Part shown: positions 59,582 to 64,000 of the stretch, piece after piece
Layout: every line of letters starts with the position of its first letter
Numbering within the stretch: position 1 is the stretch's first letter
Assembly: GCA_965218425.1 (NCBI GenBank)
Contig: OZ244621.1
Coordinates: forward strand, 32,001 to 96,000
Length of the DNA: 64,000 nucleotides
Origin: an uncultured Candidatus Binatia bacterium
Lineage (GTDB): Bacteria; Desulfobacterota; Binatia; UBA9968; CAXXLF01
Direction of reading: 5' to 3'
Program-made: the position numbers and the translations under genes
Notes under the pieces: generated by a model
Database searches by the model: none
What the model was told of the DNA's origin: nothing
The model's input: only the letters and a program-made list of their open reading frames with translations

Positions 59582-60562
59582 CTATAGCTTGAATACTTGC
59601 CTGGCGTTGTCCTCGAAGATCAACTTCTTTTGACCCGCTTCCAGCCAGCTGATTCTCTCTACGGCCGGCCGTAGGTCGTCCAACATCCGGCCTTCGTGCT
59701 GGAAGGTGCCACGGCCGGGTGTCTCCGTGCCGAACAGCACGCGATCCGGTCCAACCACCTTGATCAGAAGTTCCAGCGCCTCCTGGGTGTACAGCGTTCC
59801 ATCAAACCACAGCTTGCGGTAGCCGTCGAGGAATGAACCGTTGTACTTGGACCCGTACATGGCGCCCGCGCCACGCCCCGGAGGGGTCAGGTGACGCCCG
59901 ATTTGGTATGGTGTGGCACCTCCGCCGTGGCAGAGGATCAGCTTCAGCTTCGGGTGCTGTTCCAGTACTCCTCCATAGACCAGCGTCGGCCCGGAGATAC
60001 TCTCCTCCACCGTCTGGCCAACCAGATACGAGGTCCGGTTGCGGAGGTAACGTGGACCCGTCAAGTACGCTCCGTGCAGAAACAGCGGCACGTCCAGCGC
60101 CACCGCCTTCTCCCATAACGGCACCCAGTAGTCGTCGTCCAAGGGCTGCATGGTATCGTTACCCTTGGGATTGGGGTTCACGATTGCCCCTACCATACCG
60201 AGCTCGCGTACGGCGCGCTCAAGCTCCTGTACGGATGCCTCCAGGTCTGCCTGCGGTAGTGTAGCCAGGCCGCGAAATCGGTCCTGCTTGCGGGAAACCG
60301 CTTCGCTCAGCACGTTGTTGAATACCCGGGCCCATGGGATGCTGATGTAAGGGTTCTCATTGTGGAGCATAGACACAGGCCGGATACTCAGAATTTGCAT
60401 GTCGATACCTCGCTCGTCCATGCACTTGAGGTTGGTCTCGTTCTCATCGTCGATGCCACGTACCGGTTTTGCCGTGTCCGGGATATTGCGCAGGCTCACG
60501 GTGGTCCAGAAGAACTCTCTTAAACCAGGAGCCATCCAATGGCCATGCATATCGATAATCAT
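59582..60562 (-). CDS. Amidohydrolase family protein, LigJ-like
   Basis: IDMHGH, ELERAVRELG, CHGGGATPYQIGR, LFGTE. Confidence 0.82.
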   Translation of the reverse strand: MIIDMHGHWMAPGLREFFWTTVSLRNIPDTAKPVRGIDDENETNLKCMDERGIDMQILSIRPVSMLHNENPYISIPWARVFNNVLSEAVSRKQDRFRGLATLPQADLEASVQELERAVRELGMVGAIVNPNPKGNDTMQPLDDDYWVPLWEKAVALDVPLFLHGAYLTGPRYLRNRTSYLVGQTVEESISGPTLVYGGVLEQHPKLKLILCHGGGATPYQIGRHLTPPGRGAGAMYGSKYNGSFLDGYRKLWFDGTLYTQEALELLIKVVGPDRVLFGTETPGRGTFQHEGRMLDDLRPAVERISWLEAGQKKLIFEDNARQVFKL

Positions 60563-60901
60563 CTTTCTTCTCCTTTCAGTCGGTAACTCACAGATTCGGC
60601 GCCTGTCGGCACAAAGTTAATTTTGCTTCTCTTCGCCCGCCAAGTGCTACCTAGCACACAAGCTTGAGGGTGGACAAGAGCAATTCCTTGTGGGTGACGG
60701 CCTGCAATACCCCTCGTCCATAATGGGGGATGGCTGGTCGTTTTGGCGATTTCCCCTCCGCAATCAAAACCTTCAGTATGTTGACACCCCATTCATGCTC
60801 GGACGGCTTCCCAAAAAGCATTGGGTCATAGGTTTAGGTAGGCGATGGATTTATCACACACATGGAGTGCCATCAGAAAATCAGGCGGCTTCCCGGGGAT
60901 T

Positions 60902-60965
60902 AAGGAGGAACCCATGAATGGGCATGGGGATCTGCGCGACTTTATCAACCATCGGGGGCAGGTCA
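60902..60965 (+). other. Gene-start remnant abutting a solo IS3-type end
   Basis: AAGGAGG + ATG(60914) MNGHGDLRDFIN, then GGGGGCAGGTCA (60954-60965), the exact reverse complement of 24361-24372. Confidence 0.45.
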
Positions 60966-60980
60966 TTGGCGCGAAAAACT

Positions 60981-61667
60981 CTATCGGTCCTGGAAAGCCC
61001 TTCTGGCCCGATCAAATATGGCATGGAACATCTCCCAGGTTAGCTTGCCCGTAAAGGTATTTTGTTGGCTGGGATGATAGGAGGCAATGAGAGTCAGCTT
61101 GCTATTCAACTGGACGGTCGCCCCATGACCGAATCCAGGGCGAGGTTTAAGTCGGGTGCCCCCGTTATCCCAGTGAGCTTTTAGAAAGGAATCAAAAGCG
61201 ATCTTTCCCAGAGCAATGACGACTCTCATTTGCCTTAAGAAAAGAAGCTCCCGGGCCAGGTAGGGTTGGCAGTTCTCAAACTCTTCTCTCAGGGGTTTGT
61301 TTGCCGGCGGGGCGCAGCGTACCGCGGCCGTGACGTAACAGTTTGTTAGCTGAAGTCCGTCCTTGCGGTGGTCCGAGTTAAGTTGATTGGCGAAACCATA
61401 TTTATGAAGCGCCCCGTACAACCAGTCTCCGCTCCGGTCACCCGTGAAGACCCTGCCAGTTCGATTTCCCCCGTGAGCCGCCGGCGCCAGCCCCACAACG
61501 AGAAGCCGTGCCCTTGGATCCCCAAATCCCGGGATCGGTTTTGCCCAGTAATTCTCCCCACGATACCGCCGGGGAGGATCCTTTGATACCTGCTCACGCC
61601 AGCGCACCAACCGTGGACACCTGTGACATCGGATAATGGAGTTTTGCAGTTTCGTCAACGATTCCAT
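60981..61667 (-). CDS. udgB: Family 5 uracil-DNA glycosylase
   Basis: CHRCPRL, GLAPAAHGGNRTGRVFTGD, RCAPPANKP, YHPSQQNT. Confidence 0.9.
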   Translation of the reverse strand: MESLTKLQNSIIRCHRCPRLVRWREQVSKDPPRRYRGENYWAKPIPGFGDPRARLLVVGLAPAAHGGNRTGRVFTGDRSGDWLYGALHKYGFANQLNSDHRKDGLQLTNCYVTAAVRCAPPANKPLREEFENCQPYLARELLFLRQMRVVIALGKIAFDSFLKAHWDNGGTRLKPRPGFGHGATVQLNSKLTLIASYHPSQQNTFTGKLTWEMFHAIFDRARRAFQDR

Positions 61668-61827
61668 TGCAATTCGCCTTCTTGCTAGCACATTGCCATT
61701 TGCCGTTACCAGGCCGTTGCCCCAGGGGACGTAGATATCATTGAGCCACCAAGCATAGGAATGGATGGCTCAACCCTCAGACAAGTGCGAATTTTGACGC
61801 CATGAGTTCTCAAAATCAATAGTTTCC

Positions 61828-61856
61828 TTGACGCCTTAAGAGTCCTTTGCTATAGA
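61828..61856 (+). promoter_or_regulatory. Putative sigma70 promoter of the sdhAB-like operon
   Basis: TTGACG-N17-TATAGA with extended -10 TG; AAGGAG RBS downstream. Confidence 0.45.
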
Positions 61857-61881
61857 ATCCAGGAAAGGAGAACCGAGTTAA

Positions 61882-63507
61882 GTGAATGAATATGACGTCC
61901 TGGTGATCGGTGGAGGTGCCGCGGGACTGAGGACGGCCCTTGCCGCCAAAAGTGCCGGGGCTTCTGTTGGCCTGATAACAAAGGTTCATCCGTTAAGGAC
62001 TAATTCGGCCCTCGCGCAGGGTGGCCTCAATGCCCCCTTGGGCAAGGATGATTCCACAGACAGTTACGTTACCGATACCCTCGCGGCGGGAGACGGTTTG
62101 TGTGAAGCCGACGTCGTGCGCATCCTCGCCCAGGAAGCCTCCAACGAAGTCTTCTGGCTCGAGCACATGGGAGTTCCCTTCAACCGAAGCCAAGGGAACC
62201 AGCTGGCGCTTCGTCCTTTTGGGGCGAACAGTCGAAATCGAACCTGCCATGCGGATGATCGGTCCGGGCACATTGTCCTCCAAGTGCTTCATGAACAGTA
62301 TCAGCGGGAGCAAATTCCTTCCTTTGAAGAGTGGTTCGTGACCTCTTTGGTGATTGATGACGGAACCTGCCGGGGGGCCATAGCGCTTAATCTGAGGTCG
62401 GGAAAATTTGATCTGTTCCCCGCAGGCGCCGTGGTGCTCGCCACAGGTGGCTTTACCCGGACGTACAGTCCCTCAACGGTGTCAATCGGAACCACCGGCG
62501 ACGGGCAGGAGCTCGCCTACAGGGCTGGGGCACGCCTCATGGACATGGAGCTGATTCAGTATCATCCAACTGTTTATCCCGGGAAACAGGGACTTTTGAT
62601 CACCGAGGCGGTGTTAAGTGAAGAGGCGGTTATTGCCAACGACAAAGGAAACAAGCTCGAACAGTCCAAGAATGTACCCCGGGACAAGATCTGTTCGGCC
62701 ATGAATGACATGATGCAAAACGGGTCTGGTTCCGTCTTGCTGGATCTGAAACCCATGGGTAAAGAGAAATTATTATCGCAGTTTCCGCAAACCCATGAGC
62801 TGGTGCGCGCGGTTGCCGGCCTGGATTTGACCCAGGAAGCCGTGCCCATTCGTCCGGTGGCCCACCGCCCTATGGGGGGCATCGAAACCGATCATGCGGG
62901 GCAAACCTCTATCGCCGGACTGTCCGCCGTCGGAGAGTGCGCATGTAACGGGTTAAATGGCGCGGGCCGCCTGGCGGGAAATACTTTGACGGAGTCGGTG
63001 GTCTTCGGCAAAAGAGTCGGAGAAGCGGCTGCTATTTATGCGAAGGGCGCGCAAAAGAAAAACATTCCTAGCGCTCGGTTGTCCGACGAAGAGAAACGGG
63101 TTGCCCGGATTATCTCGGGACAATCGGCTCAGGATTCTTCAGGAAAGATTCATACGGAACTGGGTGAGTTGATGAACGGAAAGGTCGGGCTAGTGCGTGA
63201 CGGTGCGGCAATCCAAGAAGCCTTGAATCATATTCAAAACCTAAGGGAGCGTTACTCGAAGCTGGGTGTGAAGAACCCGTCCAAGATTTTTAACTACGAA
63301 CTCACCACGTATCTTGAGCTCGGCTCTATGTTAAAAATGGCGGAGGCGGTGACCCTGGCCGCTCAGGCCCGCACGGAGAGTCGTGGGGCCCATGCTCGGG
63401 TGGATTTCCCCAAGAAAGATGACGCCAATTGGAAAGCTCACACTTTAATTCGGTTGGTAGACGGTTCACCGAAACTGGAAAGTAAACCGGTTGGCCGCAC
63501 AGGGTAA
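61882..63507 (+). CDS. sdhA: Succinate dehydrogenase/fumarate reductase-like flavoprotein subunit (lacks the covalent-FAD His)
   Basis: GGGAAG, AQGG, LATGG, QYHPT, GECAC, ESRGAH; followed by an Fe-S subunit gene. Confidence 0.8.
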   Translation: MNEYDVLVIGGGAAGLRTALAAKSAGASVGLITKVHPLRTNSALAQGGLNAPLGKDDSTDSYVTDTLAAGDGLCEADVVRILAQEASNEVFWLEHMGVPFNRSQGNQLALRPFGANSRNRTCHADDRSGHIVLQVLHEQYQREQIPSFEEWFVTSLVIDDGTCRGAIALNLRSGKFDLFPAGAVVLATGGFTRTYSPSTVSIGTTGDGQELAYRAGARLMDMELIQYHPTVYPGKQGLLITEAVLSEEAVIANDKGNKLEQSKNVPRDKICSAMNDMMQNGSGSVLLDLKPMGKEKLLSQFPQTHELVRAVAGLDLTQEAVPIRPVAHRPMGGIETDHAGQTSIAGLSAVGECACNGLNGAGRLAGNTLTESVVFGKRVGEAAAIYAKGAQKKNIPSARLSDEEKRVARIISGQSAQDSSGKIHTELGELMNGKVGLVRDGAAIQEALNHIQNLRERYSKLGVKNPSKIFNYELTTYLELGSMLKMAEAVTLAAQARTESRGAHARVDFPKKDDANWKAHTLIRLVDGSPKLESKPVGRTG

Positions 63508-63527
63508 AGACAGAGGAGGAGGATTCC

Positions 63528-64000
63528 ATGGAAGTTACTTTTAAAGTTTATCGTAAGGATCCGGAGAAAGACAACAAGCCGGGACACTCCAATTACACCG
63601 TGGACGTCGCAGAGGACAACACTGTGATGGACGGGCTACTCAAGATCCGGGATGAGCAGGATGGCACCCTCGCGTTCCGTGCATCTTGTCTCCGCGGTTA
63701 TTGTGGTGAGTGCACTGTACGCGTGAACGGCAAAGGCTGTTTCGCCTGTACCGCCAGGGTAAAGACATTTACCCAAAAAGGCCCTGAGATCCAACTTGAC
63801 CCGCTCCGTAACATGCCCATTATCAAGGACCTGGTTTACGACTGGGACGCATTTCTGTGGGATAAGATCAAAGCGGTTCAACCCTGGCTGGAACCGGGCG
63901 AACCGGTTTCCAATGGAGACTCGGTCACCGAGAAGGAGATGCAGGATCTACGGCATGTGATGAGTTGTTATTACTGTGGTCTCTGTGATGAGGGATGCAC
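63528..64000 (+). CDS. sdhB: Succinate dehydrogenase/fumarate reductase Fe-S subunit (runs off the window end)
   Basis: Hand translation: MEVTFKVYR...FRASCLRGYCGEC...FAC...IKDLVYD...CYYCGLCDEGC; GGAGG RBS. Confidence 0.88.
   Translation, partial: MEVTFKVYRKDPEKDNKPGHSNYTVDVAEDNTVMDGLLKIRDEQDGTLAFRASCLRGYCGECTVRVNGKGCFACTARVKTFTQKGPEIQLDPLRNMPIIKDLVYDWDAFLWDKIKAVQPWLEPGEPVSNGDSVTEKEMQDLRHVMSCYYCGLCDEGC

Overview
Bacterial window of moderate GC. The gene families suggest a Deltaproteobacteria/Binatota-like organism, which is an inference from family content and not from a marker gene. Housekeeping genes include moeB, thiI, a MoxR AAA+/VWA pair, frmA, thrC, rlmN, udgB and an sdhAB-like pair. 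They are interleaved with a large set of aromatic/heterocycle catabolic genes: 3 Rieske oxygenases, a dihydrodiol dehydrogenase-like protein, 2 OphC/Pht5-like decarboxylases, 2 LigB-type dioxygenases, 4 amidohydrolases, 3 tandem RraA/HMG aldolases, 2 class II aldolases, 3 M24-fold proteins, 2 TAXI-fold proteins without signal peptides, a heme-oxygenase-like dimetal oxidase and ABC transport genes. The most notable observations are: (i) a Rieske + cytoplasmic TAXI-fold + M24-fold module that occurs twice; (ii) a ~12 kb catabolic block bracketed by a duplicated 5' end of an FAD-linked oxidase gene; (iii) a multi-stem candidate structured RNA at 51.84-51.96 kb; (iv) an intact IS3 element with a 4-bp target duplication that splits a bicupin gene; (v) many decay scars, including an AKR::fdhD chimera, nonsense codons, frameshifts and IS remnants. 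No rRNA, tRNA or CRISPR array was recognised. All functional calls come from motif recognition by eye; no database searches were run.
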